A DNA stretch of 64,000 bases from Dehalococcoidia bacterium (GCA_965221295.1 OZ244879.1:2897603-2961602), one strand, 5' to 3'; counted from the stretch's first letter, positions 27,040 through 35,635 are shown. Notes: generated by a model from the sequence alone, not told the origin. Program-made: numbers and translations.

Positions 27040-28511
27040 CCGGCCATCCAAAATTCGGGCGGAAAAAACGAAGGCTGCGTTCCTTCCGGCAAGGAAACGT
27101 AAGCGGACAATTCCAAATTGCCTACACTGCGAATTTGGCGCGCCGCTTCGGTGACATCCGGTCGCTGAAACGCGCGCGATCGCCAGGTATCGTGCAATGG
27201 ATAGCATCTCAAGGGCAAAACCTTTGCCCCGGACTGCGAACGCACGGCCGGGTTTTTGGCAAGGACCAGATCTTCGGCGGATTGGATCTGAACGAAAAAC
27301 GGTGAATGGGTCGAGACTACGACTTGCCTCAGAGGGTTGTCGTCTGCCACCGCTTCAATTGGGTCCACCGCGACGTCATGCAACAGACGGTTCATGTCCG
27401 CCAGTTTTTCCGGGTGGATCCCGTTTTCCGGTTCCTCAATGCAGTAAACCCCGGTTAGCTCAGAGGACTCAGCGATGGCGACCAACGCCAAAAAGCGCAG
27501 CGTTCCATCCGAAACGGAATTGGCTCGCAGACGCACGCCAGAGGGTTCTTCCAATTCCAGAGAGTAAAGCTGGCGGACCTCATCTTGGACTACTCGCAAC
27601 GACTTTACCGGTATCAGGTCGGCCAGCCGGGACGCCACTCGGCCCAGAATGTCATCTGGCGCCGCTCCGGGTTCAAGTTGCTGATGCCGCAGACTGGACA
27701 AATGCTGCAGCGTCGCCGGGATGTGGGCGCCGTCGGCGCCGATGCCGGGCGGTTGCGTGTACCGATCCGGACGGCGCATGGCGGCCGGGGCCAGGGCTAG
27801 AATCCGCCAGCTCTGCATCTCTCTCTTGGCCGCCAGGATGGTTGGCGTGGCAGAGGTGTTCTCAGTCCCGATAATGGTTCGCGTCGCCCCTTCCGCCGGA
27901 GACGGCCGGCCGCGCCCGTGGGAGCCCCCGTCTTGGTGAACCACGATGGCTGCCTGTTCGGTGTCCGGGTCGGTTTCGGTCGATATGAACCCGCTGCGGG
28001 CGTGGCGTTTGTTGTACACCACGCTGTCCCGGAACCTCTGCTTGCTGTGGGGAAACCTCAGATGCTGCGCCGCGTTCCCCGTGGTGATGGGCCGCAGTTC
28101 TTCTTTTTCCAGCGACAACCCTCCCAATGGACCGCTGGTCGGCGACGGCGGTTCGTACCGGAACGCAACCTCATAACGCAGGAAGGAGGAAGAGGCCTGG
28201 GTTTCACGGCCGAAGTCGTCGCGCACGTGGCTGTCCACGATCATCTCAACAGCGAACCGCATCCGGTTGGCGCGTTGGCCATTCCCGGAAAACAGCAGGT
28301 CGGCGATCTCCGCCGTATCCTCGCCGGCGTTGCGCAGTCGCAGCGCCGCTTCGTTGATGGTGGAGTCGGTCAGCAGCGAAAGGAACCGTATGGCGTCAAA
28401 GATGTTGGACTTGCCCACGCCATTGGGCCCGGCGATGCAGGTGTAGGGCCCGAAATCCAGCGCGAAGTCCTGCAGATTCTTGAAACCATTGACTTCCAGT
28501 CGCGTCAGCAT
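27036..28511 (-). CDS. ABC/SMC-like AAA ATPase (AAA_15/21/23-type, OLD/AriA/RecF-like head)
   Basis: LEVNGFKNL...IAGPNGVGKSN (Walker A, G28-S35), signature SVSDGTLRFLAL, Walker B/D-loop VYCIEEPENGIHP, H-loop VVVSTHSP. GGAGG lies 5 nt upstream of the ATG. Confidence 0.8.
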   Translation of the reverse strand: MLTRLEVNGFKNLQDFALDFGPYTCIAGPNGVGKSNIFDAIRFLSLLTDSTINEAALRLRNAGEDTAEIADLLFSGNGQRANRMRFAVEMIVDSHVRDDFGRETQASSSFLRYEVAFRYEPPSPTSGPLGGLSLEKEELRPITTGNAAQHLRFPHSKQRFRDSVVYNKRHARSGFISTETDPDTEQAAIVVHQDGGSHGRGRPSPAEGATRTIIGTENTSATPTILAAKREMQSWRILALAPAAMRRPDRYTQPPGIGADGAHIPATLQHLSSLRHQQLEPGAAPDDILGRVASRLADLIPVKSLRVVQDEVRQLYSLELEEPSGVRLRANSVSDGTLRFLALVAIAESSELTGVYCIEEPENGIHPEKLADMNRLLHDVAVDPIEAVADDNPLRQVVVSTHSPFFVQIQSAEDLVLAKNPAVRSQSGAKVLPLRCYPLHDTWRSRAFQRPDVTEAARQIRSVGNLELSAYVSLPEGTQPSFFPPEFWMAG

Positions 28512-28536
28512 GATCGCCTCCAGGAAACGGCGGGCG

Positions 28537-30339
28537 TCAGGTTTCAGCCGATTCTAGCATGGCCAAATGCCACCTCAATCGCTCCATTTCGCAGGCGAAC
28601 CACAGGGCCATGCTTCCCGTCCGGTCGTCGTGGCCAGACAGCGCCGCGCGGTCCAGGTATGCCCTCAGGTCCGGCATCACCCCTGTACTGATACAGCCGT
28701 CCACCACACCGCCATCGTCATCGACCCGTTCGGACACCGCCCGCCAGCAAGACTCCACGCCGGCCCGGTATCCATCAGCCTCGCCATCGGGCAGCCAACC
28801 CTCGCGGATCCCTCTCGCCAGCGCGTAGCCCACCATGCAGGTGGACGTGAGTTCTCCCCAGGCGCCCGGCACGTCCACCAACTCGCCAAAGGTTCCCCAG
28901 GGTTGTTGGCGGCGCAACAACGCGTCCAAATGCTGGCGGTGCCTGGCCAACAACTCTGGCCGCGCCGGATGCTCAGCAGGCAGGTAAGTCAACGCTTCAG
29001 CGTATCCCAGCGCCGCGAAACCGTTGCCACGGCTCCAGAAGTGAGGAGCCGACCGCGCGTGTTTGAACAACCCGCTGCCGTCCTGCACGTCGCCACCGTC
29101 GATTAGAAACCGCGCCAATAGATCCGCGTATTTTGCGTCGCCGGATATGCGGTGCGCCCGGCCCAGCATCGCTCCGGCCATGAACATGTCCTCCACGCGA
29201 AAATCGGGGTCGCACGGCGCCGGGGCGGCGCCCGGGCCGCGACTGGCGAACCGGTCGGCCGCATAGAAGAACAACTTGCGGTAGGTTTCGTCGCCGGTGT
29301 AATCGGCCAGTCGAGCCGCCCACACTACGCCGGCCAGCGCCGCGCCGCCGGCGTTCGCCAGATACGCCGCTGGATCCGCTGCGATGGGAGCGACGAAGGC
29401 CGCGATTTCCCCGGTGGGGTTTTCGCCAGTGGGATTCTCGCCGCCATCGTCCAGCGCCGCCAGCCGCAGCCGCCCGCTGATGCCGACTCCCTGCGTGTAG
29501 TTCACCGGGTCCAGCGCGTGACCGTACCGACGCGCCAGGATCCGCGCCGTCTCAACTGGAGTTCGCGCCCGTCGGCCTTCCAGCGCCAACCGGCCGGCCG
29601 ATACCGGAACATCAGCGTCCTTTTTCGTGGCGGCCCACAGTGGCGCCAAAGCGTCGGTCAACCCAGTCCAATGGGTGGTCAATCTCAACGCGGGCAACGT
29701 CCCTGGGGCATCGTTTGACGCTCGCCCCAACGCCGACGCCAGGGAGTCGTCGCTGGCCATGGGAAGGGCCCCCAGCGCCCTGGCTACCGCGCCGCCGGCC
29801 GCGGCCTCGTTGGCTTCCCAACGTATCGGATGCTCAGCGCTATCATGCAGCGCCACCTCCACCACCAAATCCGGAGCCTGGTAGGTGATCCACCGCCACA
29901 GATAGCGCCGCTCTGGAGCAGTTTGGTCGAAGTAGTAACCGCCCTCTGGCGGATACCCGGCGGTGAGATCAACCCGGTTGGCAACGGCCTCTTCCCAATC
30001 TCCGCCGGCGAGGGCGTCAGGGTTGGCGGCGACTATCACGGACAGGGCCACTCCCGACTCCTGGGCGGCCGCCGTTCCGCAGAACCGTTCCAGCGCGGTG
30101 AGGATGCGTGGCGTATCGGCGGCGTTGCCGCGCAGCCCCGCCACCAGCAGCGCCGATGGTTGGCGTGGGACATCCGAGAACGGCAACGTCCGAGTGTCCT
30201 GCAACGCCATAATGGGACGCAGTGATGGCGTCAACCCAATTGTGGTGGACTGCCAGTACGCTGGCGAGCGTTTGCGCAACAAGTTGATCAGGGCGGCGTT
30301 GATGTCGGTGGGGTGCATGGTGGACATTGAGCATCTCAC
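28537..30339 (-). CDS. Glycoside hydrolase family 88/105-like (YteR/unsaturated glucuronyl hydrolase-like) protein with an extra N-terminal domain
   Basis: The C-terminal ~330 aa resemble the (alpha/alpha)6 GH88/105 fold (VEDMFMAG..L, FWSRGNGFAALG, TSTCMVGYALARG). The N-terminal ~200 aa look like a degenerate M14/AstE-type domain. The start is uncertain (GTG 30339, ATG 30327 or 30318). Confidence 0.6.
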   Translation of the reverse strand: MRCSMSTMHPTDINAALINLLRKRSPAYWQSTTIGLTPSLRPIMALQDTRTLPFSDVPRQPSALLVAGLRGNAADTPRILTALERFCGTAAAQESGVALSVIVAANPDALAGGDWEEAVANRVDLTAGYPPEGGYYFDQTAPERRYLWRWITYQAPDLVVEVALHDSAEHPIRWEANEAAAGGAVARALGALPMASDDSLASALGRASNDAPGTLPALRLTTHWTGLTDALAPLWAATKKDADVPVSAGRLALEGRRARTPVETARILARRYGHALDPVNYTQGVGISGRLRLAALDDGGENPTGENPTGEIAAFVAPIAADPAAYLANAGGAALAGVVWAARLADYTGDETYRKLFFYAADRFASRGPGAAPAPCDPDFRVEDMFMAGAMLGRAHRISGDAKYADLLARFLIDGGDVQDGSGLFKHARSAPHFWSRGNGFAALGYAEALTYLPAEHPARPELLARHRQHLDALLRRQQPWGTFGELVDVPGAWGELTSTCMVGYALARGIREGWLPDGEADGYRAGVESCWRAVSERVDDDGGVVDGCISTGVMPDLRAYLDRAALSGHDDRTGSMALWFACEMERLRWHLAMLESAET

Positions 30340-30358
30340 AAAGCAAGCAGATGGCGGG

Positions 30359-30559
30359 TTACGATTGGATCTGCGCTGTGATCAGCACAGCGAAGATCGC
30401 GACGGCGAAAGGCAGGGCCGCGGACTTGAGCGCTCTGGCGAACGCAACTGCAATCGGATGGTCCGCAGTCAACAACAGATACTCCGCGAAAGTTCTCACC
30501 ATGATCGCCGCGAATATCGGCACAAACATGGGGTAGTAATCGAAATCGACGGAGATCAT
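30359..30559 (-). CDS. Small hydrophobic protein (66 aa, two predicted TM helices)
   Basis: MISVDFDYYPMFVPIFAAIMV...LPFAVAIFAVLITAQ. G+C is lower and the RBS is weak. It is co-directional with the downstream GH-like gene (19-nt gap). Confidence 0.4.
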   Translation of the reverse strand: MISVDFDYYPMFVPIFAAIMVRTFAEYLLLTADHPIAVAFARALKSAALPFAVAIFAVLITAQIQS

Positions 30560-30607
30560 TGGCCTTTGTCCTGAGTTTCGGTTGACGGATAAGAACTGCC
30601 GGCGCGG

Positions 30608-30778
30608 TTACTGCTTTCTGATGACAAGTACGGACACGGCCAAGCTGGCCACGCCAATCAGCCCCAATCCGACGCTGAAAGATTTTGTGGCCTGACAAGC
30701 GAAATCGTTGCCGGAACAGCTGAAAAACCAACCGAGCGATATGAGGATCATCGTCAGACTCAGACCCACCAAAAACAT
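30608..30778 (-). CDS. Small membrane protein (56 aa, two predicted TM helices); below the ORF-track length cutoff
   Basis: Hand translation gives MFLVGLSLTMILISLGWFFSCSGNDFACQATKSFSVGLGLIGVASLAVSVLVIRKQ*. A strong RBS GAAGGAGG lies 6 nt upstream of the ATG at 30778. Confidence 0.45.
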   Translation of the reverse strand: MFLVGLSLTMILISLGWFFSCSGNDFACQATKSFSVGLGLIGVASLAVSVLVIRKQ

Positions 30779-30857
30779 CGGGACGCCTCCTTCTCAAATG
30801 GCGACGCGGCGCAGTTGCGCGGCTGGATATACTATACCCGAAATGAACGTCACGATT

Positions 30858-30887
30858 TTGACATGCCCGGTTCGCCGGCGATAAATT
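30858..30887 (+). promoter_or_regulatory. Sigma-70-like promoter for the tandem CoA-transferase genes
   Basis: TTGACA (30858-30863), 18-nt spacer, TAAATT (30882-30887). GGAG RBS precedes the ATG at 30938. Confidence 0.35.
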
Positions 30888-30937
30888 GGCAGCCGGCAGA
30901 TTTGCCCCAATAGCATCGTATTTTGGAGTAGGCGCCC

Positions 30938-32182
30938 ATGCCGCGTTTCGACGATTACACCGGCGAAAACCTAATCCCGCCCTACCGCATCCTGGACCTG
31001 ACCGATCGGCGCGCCGCCTTTTGCGCCCGCCTGCTGGCCGACTACGGAGCGGACGTGGTCAAGGTGGAACCACCCGCGGGCGACCCCTCGCGACGCCTGG
31101 GCCCATTTCCCAACGACGCGCCGGACCCCGAGCGCAGCATGGACTTCCTGTTCTACAACACCAACAAGCGCTCCATTACCCTGGATCTGGAAACCGAGAC
31201 GGGCCGCAGCCTCTTTCGCCGGCTTGCCGTCGACGCCGACGTGATCATCGAGAGTTTCGACCGCCACTATCTGACTGACCTCGGCGTCGGTTTCGACTCA
31301 TTGCGGACGGAGAATCCCGGATTGGTCATGGCGTCCGTGACGCCTTTCGGCAGCGTGGGCGACTGGGCGGACTACCGGGGCGACGACCTCGTGGTGATGG
31401 CGGCCAGCGGATACATGCAAATCACCGGCGAACCCGACGAGCCTCCCGTGCGCCAGGGCAACGAACACAGCCACTACCCGGCCGCTCAGTACGCGGCGGT
31501 GGGCGTCCTCGCCGCCCTCTATCACCGCGACTTCGGCGGCGGCGACGGCCAACATATCGACATTTCCTCACAAGAAGCCCTCATCACCTACTACACCGAC
31601 GCCCATCCCGCTCTGCTTTGGCGCAAGCTCGGTCAGAACGTAACCCGGGTGGGCGCCAACTCCACGCTGGTGATCCCCTTGGGAGCCTACCCCTGCAAGG
31701 ACGGCTGGATCTCCGCCGGCGTCATCACCCCACGGGAGTGGGATGCCCTGGCCGAATGGATCCACGAGGTCACCGGCAACGATGAGGCGCTGAACGAAGC
31801 CTACCGCGGCGGCAACCAGGACCGCGCCGAGCACATGGACATCATCACCGCCCTGTTCCTCGAATTCGCCGAGAATTTCACCGTGCAGGAACTGTTCCAC
31901 GAGGGCCAACGCCGGAACCTGGTGTTCCTGCCTGTCAACGAGATCGCCGACCTGCTGGCGGACCCACAGCTCGCCGAATCCGGCTTCTGGTACGATATCC
32001 AAGATAACGACCCAGCCGTTGGCCCGGTCAAGTACCCGCTAGGGATCTTCCACAGCGAAGAGGTTCAGGCGCGGAACCGACCGGCGCCGGCGTTGGGCGC
32101 GGACAATGAGGCCGTGTACCAAGGGGAACTGGGGTTAACCCCCAGTGAACTCGCAACCCTGAAAGCCGATGGCGTCATATGA
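30938..32182 (+). CDS. CaiB/BaiF family (type III) CoA-transferase
   Basis: YRILDLTDRRAAFCARLLADYGADVVKVEPP, with family-wide layout. Confidence 0.85.
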   Translation: MPRFDDYTGENLIPPYRILDLTDRRAAFCARLLADYGADVVKVEPPAGDPSRRLGPFPNDAPDPERSMDFLFYNTNKRSITLDLETETGRSLFRRLAVDADVIIESFDRHYLTDLGVGFDSLRTENPGLVMASVTPFGSVGDWADYRGDDLVVMAASGYMQITGEPDEPPVRQGNEHSHYPAAQYAAVGVLAALYHRDFGGGDGQHIDISSQEALITYYTDAHPALLWRKLGQNVTRVGANSTLVIPLGAYPCKDGWISAGVITPREWDALAEWIHEVTGNDEALNEAYRGGNQDRAEHMDIITALFLEFAENFTVQELFHEGQRRNLVFLPVNEIADLLADPQLAESGFWYDIQDNDPAVGPVKYPLGIFHSEEVQARNRPAPALGADNEAVYQGELGLTPSELATLKADGVI

Positions 32183-32233
32183 CGTACATTTGACGTACGC
32201 CTTTTGACGCGCGTCATGCCGGAGAACGCCCAG

Positions 32234-33487
32234 ATGAACGCCAGCTTGCCTGCATCCCAGCCTGCCACCCCTTCCGCGCTCACCGGCATCCGCGTCGTTG
32301 AGTTTGGCCCCTATGTCGCCCTACCCCTGACGGGGCGTATCCTCGGCTCGCTGGGCGCCGAAGTCATCAAAGTGGAAACCAACAAGGTCCTCGACGAGAT
32401 GGCATTCATACCTGCCTGGTCGCGGGGCGCCGGCCAACCGGAATACCAGCGCGGCAAACGCCGCATTACCCTCGACGCGCGCACCGACGCTGGCCGCGAC
32501 CTGATGCTGGAAATCGTCCGGATTAGCGACGTGTTCATGACCAACTTTCGCCGCAACGTCCTGGACCGCTGGGGCATAGACTTCCCCGAGATCCGGCGGC
32601 AGAGGCCCGACGCCATCATCATGTGGCAAACCGGCCTGGGCGGACACGGGCCGTATTACACCTACAAGTCCTTCGGCATCCTGGTGCAGCACCTCTCAGG
32701 CGTGTCAATGATGACTGGGCTGCCCGGCGAACCGCCCGGAGTGGTCAACACCTCCTACTCCGACTACCACACCGGAGTGTTCCAGCCGGCCGGCATCATC
32801 GCCGCCCTGATGCGTCGCAACCTGACGGGCAAGACGGCCACGCTGGAATCCTCCATCTTCAAATCCGGCGTCGCCACCTGCGGCCCGGCTTTACTGGACT
32901 ACCAGATCAACGGTCGCAGCCCACAACGTCGCGGCAACGCCGACGCATGGGCCGCCCCTCACGGGGTATATCCCTGCGCGGGGAAAGACCGCTACATCGC
33001 CATCTCCGTAGCCGACGATGCGCAGTGGTCCAAATTGCGTCAGGCCATGGGCGACCCCGCCTGGGCAAGCCATCCTGATTACGAGACTCGCATTGGGCGC
33101 CAGCGTCACCAGGCTGCCCTCGACGCCGCCATCTCGGATTGGACGCGCCCCCAAGAAGCCGGACCGCTGATGGAATCGCTGCAACGAGCCGGAGCGCCAG
33201 CCGGCATCGTGTCCCAAGGCTCCGATCTCAATGAGAGCTCGCACCTAAAATCCCGCAATTTCTACCAGGACACCCAATACTGGGAAGCGGAGCGCGGGGT
33301 GAAAGCCGCCGAATGGGTGGAGGGCGAAAGCGTTTCATGGTCGATTCCGGCCAAGATGTCCGCCACGCCCATCGCCTTCGGCAAATACAGCAACATCGGC
33401 GAGGACAATGCTTATGTGTTCGGGGAACTGCTCGGCCTCACCGAATCCGAAATCGCCGGGTTAGAGGAAGCCGGGGTCATCTACTGA
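32234..33487 (+). CDS. CaiB/BaiF family (type III) CoA-transferase
   Basis: LTGIRVVEFGPYVALPLTGRILGSLGAEVIKVE. The ATG at 32234 is 9 nt after GGAG. Alternative starts are 32204 (TTG) and 32216 (ATG). Confidence 0.85.
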   Translation: MNASLPASQPATPSALTGIRVVEFGPYVALPLTGRILGSLGAEVIKVETNKVLDEMAFIPAWSRGAGQPEYQRGKRRITLDARTDAGRDLMLEIVRISDVFMTNFRRNVLDRWGIDFPEIRRQRPDAIIMWQTGLGGHGPYYTYKSFGILVQHLSGVSMMTGLPGEPPGVVNTSYSDYHTGVFQPAGIIAALMRRNLTGKTATLESSIFKSGVATCGPALLDYQINGRSPQRRGNADAWAAPHGVYPCAGKDRYIAISVADDAQWSKLRQAMGDPAWASHPDYETRIGRQRHQAALDAAISDWTRPQEAGPLMESLQRAGAPAGIVSQGSDLNESSHLKSRNFYQDTQYWEAERGVKAAEWVEGESVSWSIPAKMSATPIAFGKYSNIGEDNAYVFGELLGLTESEIAGLEEAGVIY

Positions 33488-33587
33488 TCGGCTCCACCAA
33501 CGCGTCCGGCGCTTGGTCAGCTAGGACCCGCGGCTGAAGCCCGTCCAGAAATCGCATCGTTTGTCTATTCGTTGCTGCGGACGCCTC

Positions 33588-34143
33588 ATTGCCGCCATTG
33601 CGAGCAGCAACCGCAACGCGGCGACCACTTAGCTTAGCCAGCGGCCGTTGGTCGCACGCTACGGGATTGCCGCGCTTCGCTCGCAATGACAGTGGGGTAT
33701 GCCCGCAATGACAGTGGGGTATCGCTCGCAATGACCACTGGGGCAATTTCGAAATGGTGGCTGAGGCAATCTCGCAATGGTGGTCGCGGGAGGGATCTGT
33801 GCTTCTGTCATTGCGAGGCCATGGGACGTGGCAGTCTCGCTCCGACGCGAACGGCCGTTGGTCGCACGCTACGAGATTGCCGCGCTTCGCTCGCAATGAC
33901 AGTGGGGTGATGCTCGCAATGACAGCGGGGTATCGCTCGCCATGACCGCTGGGGCAATCTCGCAATGGCGGCTGAGGCAATCTCGCAATGGTGGTCGCGG
34001 GAGGTATCTTTGCTTCTGTCATTGCGAGGCCATGGGCCGTGGCAATCTCGCTCCGACGCGAACGGCCGTTGGTCGCACGCTACGAGATTGCCGCGCTTCG
34101 CTCGCAATGACAGTGGGGTATCGCTCGCAATGACAGTGGGGTA
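33588..34143. repeat. Tandem array (about 2.5 units, period 210-211 bp) of a two-tier palindromic hairpin element plus ~21-nt CATTGCGA-core sub-repeats
   Basis: GGCCGTTGGTCGCACGCTACG recurs at 33643, 33853 and 34064. Each unit has CTGTCATTGCGAG...GGCA(A/G)TCTCG...AACGGCCGTT...CGAGATTGCC...CTCGCAATGACAG. Confidence 0.8.
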
Positions 34144-34187
34144 ATGCTGGCCCTGATAGATTGCGGAGCTCCGTTGTTGCCGTTGCG

Positions 34188-35279
34188 TCAGTTTTCGAAG
34201 TCGGTGATCACGCTGCGACGAACGGAGGCCGCCTTCATGTCCGCGAATGCCCGGTTGATTTCTGACAGTTTCAATTCCTGGGTAACCAACTCGTCCAGCT
34301 TGAGCCGCCCCTGCTTGTAAAACTCGATGTACCGCGGCATGTCGGTGCGGAACCTGTTGGAACCCATCGTGCAGCCCTGGATCGCCCGGCCGCGCCGCAG
34401 GTAGTTTCCTGCATCCAGTTCGATCTTCACGCCCTCTGGCACCATGCCGATGATGGTGGCCACGCCGCCCGGACGCAGCATGTTGTAGCAGTCTTCGGCG
34501 GTCTGCTTGAGTCCGATGGCCTCGAACGAATAATCCACGCCTCCGCCGGTCAATTCAACGATCCGCTCGGCCACGTTGCCGGACGTGGCGTCGATCACGT
34601 CGGTCGCGCCAAATTCGCGGGCCAGGGCGAACTTGTCCTCGGTGGTATCCACGGCGATGATGCGCAGGGCTCCAGCCAACGCCGCGGCCTGAACGCAATG
34701 GATGCCGATGCCACCGCAGCCAACCACGGCAACCGTGCTGCCCGGCTCCACCCGCGCGGTGTTCAGCACGGCGCCCAGCCCGGTGGTGGCGCCGCAGCCG
34801 ATCAGGGCCAACTGCGGGAACGGAATATCGTCCTCCACCTTCACCAGGGCGTTCTCGTGCACCAGCATCTCGGCGGCGTAGGATCCCAGTTGGGCGAACT
34901 GGGTGATGGCCTCGCCGTTCCTGCGTAGCCGGGGAGGTTCGCCGCGCCCGCGGGTAACCGCAGTCCGGTCACAGAGGTAGGGCTGGCCGCGCGTGCAGAA
35001 TTCGCAAACGCCGCAAAATACCGACAGGCACATGATTACCGAGTCCCCCGGCCTCACGTATTGAACCTGATCGCCCACCGCCTCAACCGTGCCGGCCGCT
35101 TCGTGGCCCAAGATGCAGGGCATCGGGGTAGTGTACAAACCCTCCACAAAGTGGAGGTCGCTGTGGCACACGCCAGAAGCGCCGGTGCGCACCAACACTT
35201 CCCGAGGCGCTGGCGCGTCCACCTGCACCTCCTCAACCACCACTGGTTGGTTCACCTCGCGCAAAACTGCTGCCTTCAT
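34188..35279 (-). CDS. Zinc-dependent alcohol dehydrogenase (MDR family)
   Basis: MKAAVL..., GVCHSDLH, GHEAAGTVEAVG, structural-Zn cysteines CGVCEFCTRGQPYLC, GCGGIG Rossmann motif. The ATG at 35279 is 8 nt after GGAGGG. Confidence 0.85.
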   Translation of the reverse strand: MKAAVLREVNQPVVVEEVQVDAPAPREVLVRTGASGVCHSDLHFVEGLYTTPMPCILGHEAAGTVEAVGDQVQYVRPGDSVIMCLSVFCGVCEFCTRGQPYLCDRTAVTRGRGEPPRLRRNGEAITQFAQLGSYAAEMLVHENALVKVEDDIPFPQLALIGCGATTGLGAVLNTARVEPGSTVAVVGCGGIGIHCVQAAALAGALRIIAVDTTEDKFALAREFGATDVIDATSGNVAERIVELTGGGVDYSFEAIGLKQTAEDCYNMLRPGGVATIIGMVPEGVKIELDAGNYLRRGRAIQGCTMGSNRFRTDMPRYIEFYKQGRLKLDELVTQELKLSEINRAFADMKAASVRRSVITDFEN

Positions 35280-35458
35280 CGCTCGATCCCTCCGAATCAC
35301 TGGCTGAACTATGATCGCCTCATCTGTGGGGCGATGTTAACAACGCCGCCGGCCAGCGTCAACAACGCCAGTCAGTTCGCCCCCACCCAGATCGCCGAAA
35401 AGGGGTCCCACATTCGCATGATCGCGAAACGCCTCATAGCCAGCCGGGACGCTTCCCC

Positions 35459-35635
35459 CTACTGTGATTGCGAGCTTCCCTCTACTGCGATTGCGAGCTT
35501 CCCAGCACTGTCATTGCGAGCGGAGCGCGGCAATCTCGTTGACCACTGCCGATAACTGTCATTGCGAGCGTCCCACCACTGTCATTGTGAGCGGAGCGCG
35601 GCAATCTCGTTGACCATGACCAACGGCCGTTCAGC
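35459..35635. repeat. Third, shorter cluster of the same repeat family (five same-orientation (G/T)(T/C)(G/C)ATTG(C/T)GAGC half-sites, two with the GCGCGGCAATCTCGTTGACC extension)
   Basis: tgtgattgcgagc, ctgcgattgcgagc, tgtcattgcgagcggagcgcggcaatctcgttgacc, tgtcattgcgagcg and tgtcattgtgagcggagcgcggcaatctcgttgacc...caacggccgtt. Confidence 0.7.

Noticed and set aside
26398-27207. Full 269-aa version of the DUF4276-like ORF, which overlaps the ATPase gene by 172 nt
   Set aside because: The first 56 codons overlap the ATPase C-terminus out of frame. The ATG at 27039 gives the classic ATGA stop/start coupling and begins right at the conserved FFLVCEG strand.
30336-30797. 153-aa ORF overlapping both small membrane-protein genes
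   Set aside because: It is an Arg-rich alternative frame with no RBS. The two hydrophobic small ORFs, one of which has a strong GAAGGAGG RBS, explain the region better.
33477-34133. ORFs of 63-181 aa called inside the 33.6-34.1 kb repeat array
   Set aside because: They are translations of the tandem hairpin repeats in several frames and on both strands (recurrent ...LRAKRGNLVACDQRP..., ...SLAMTVG...). They have no RBS and no independent coding signal.
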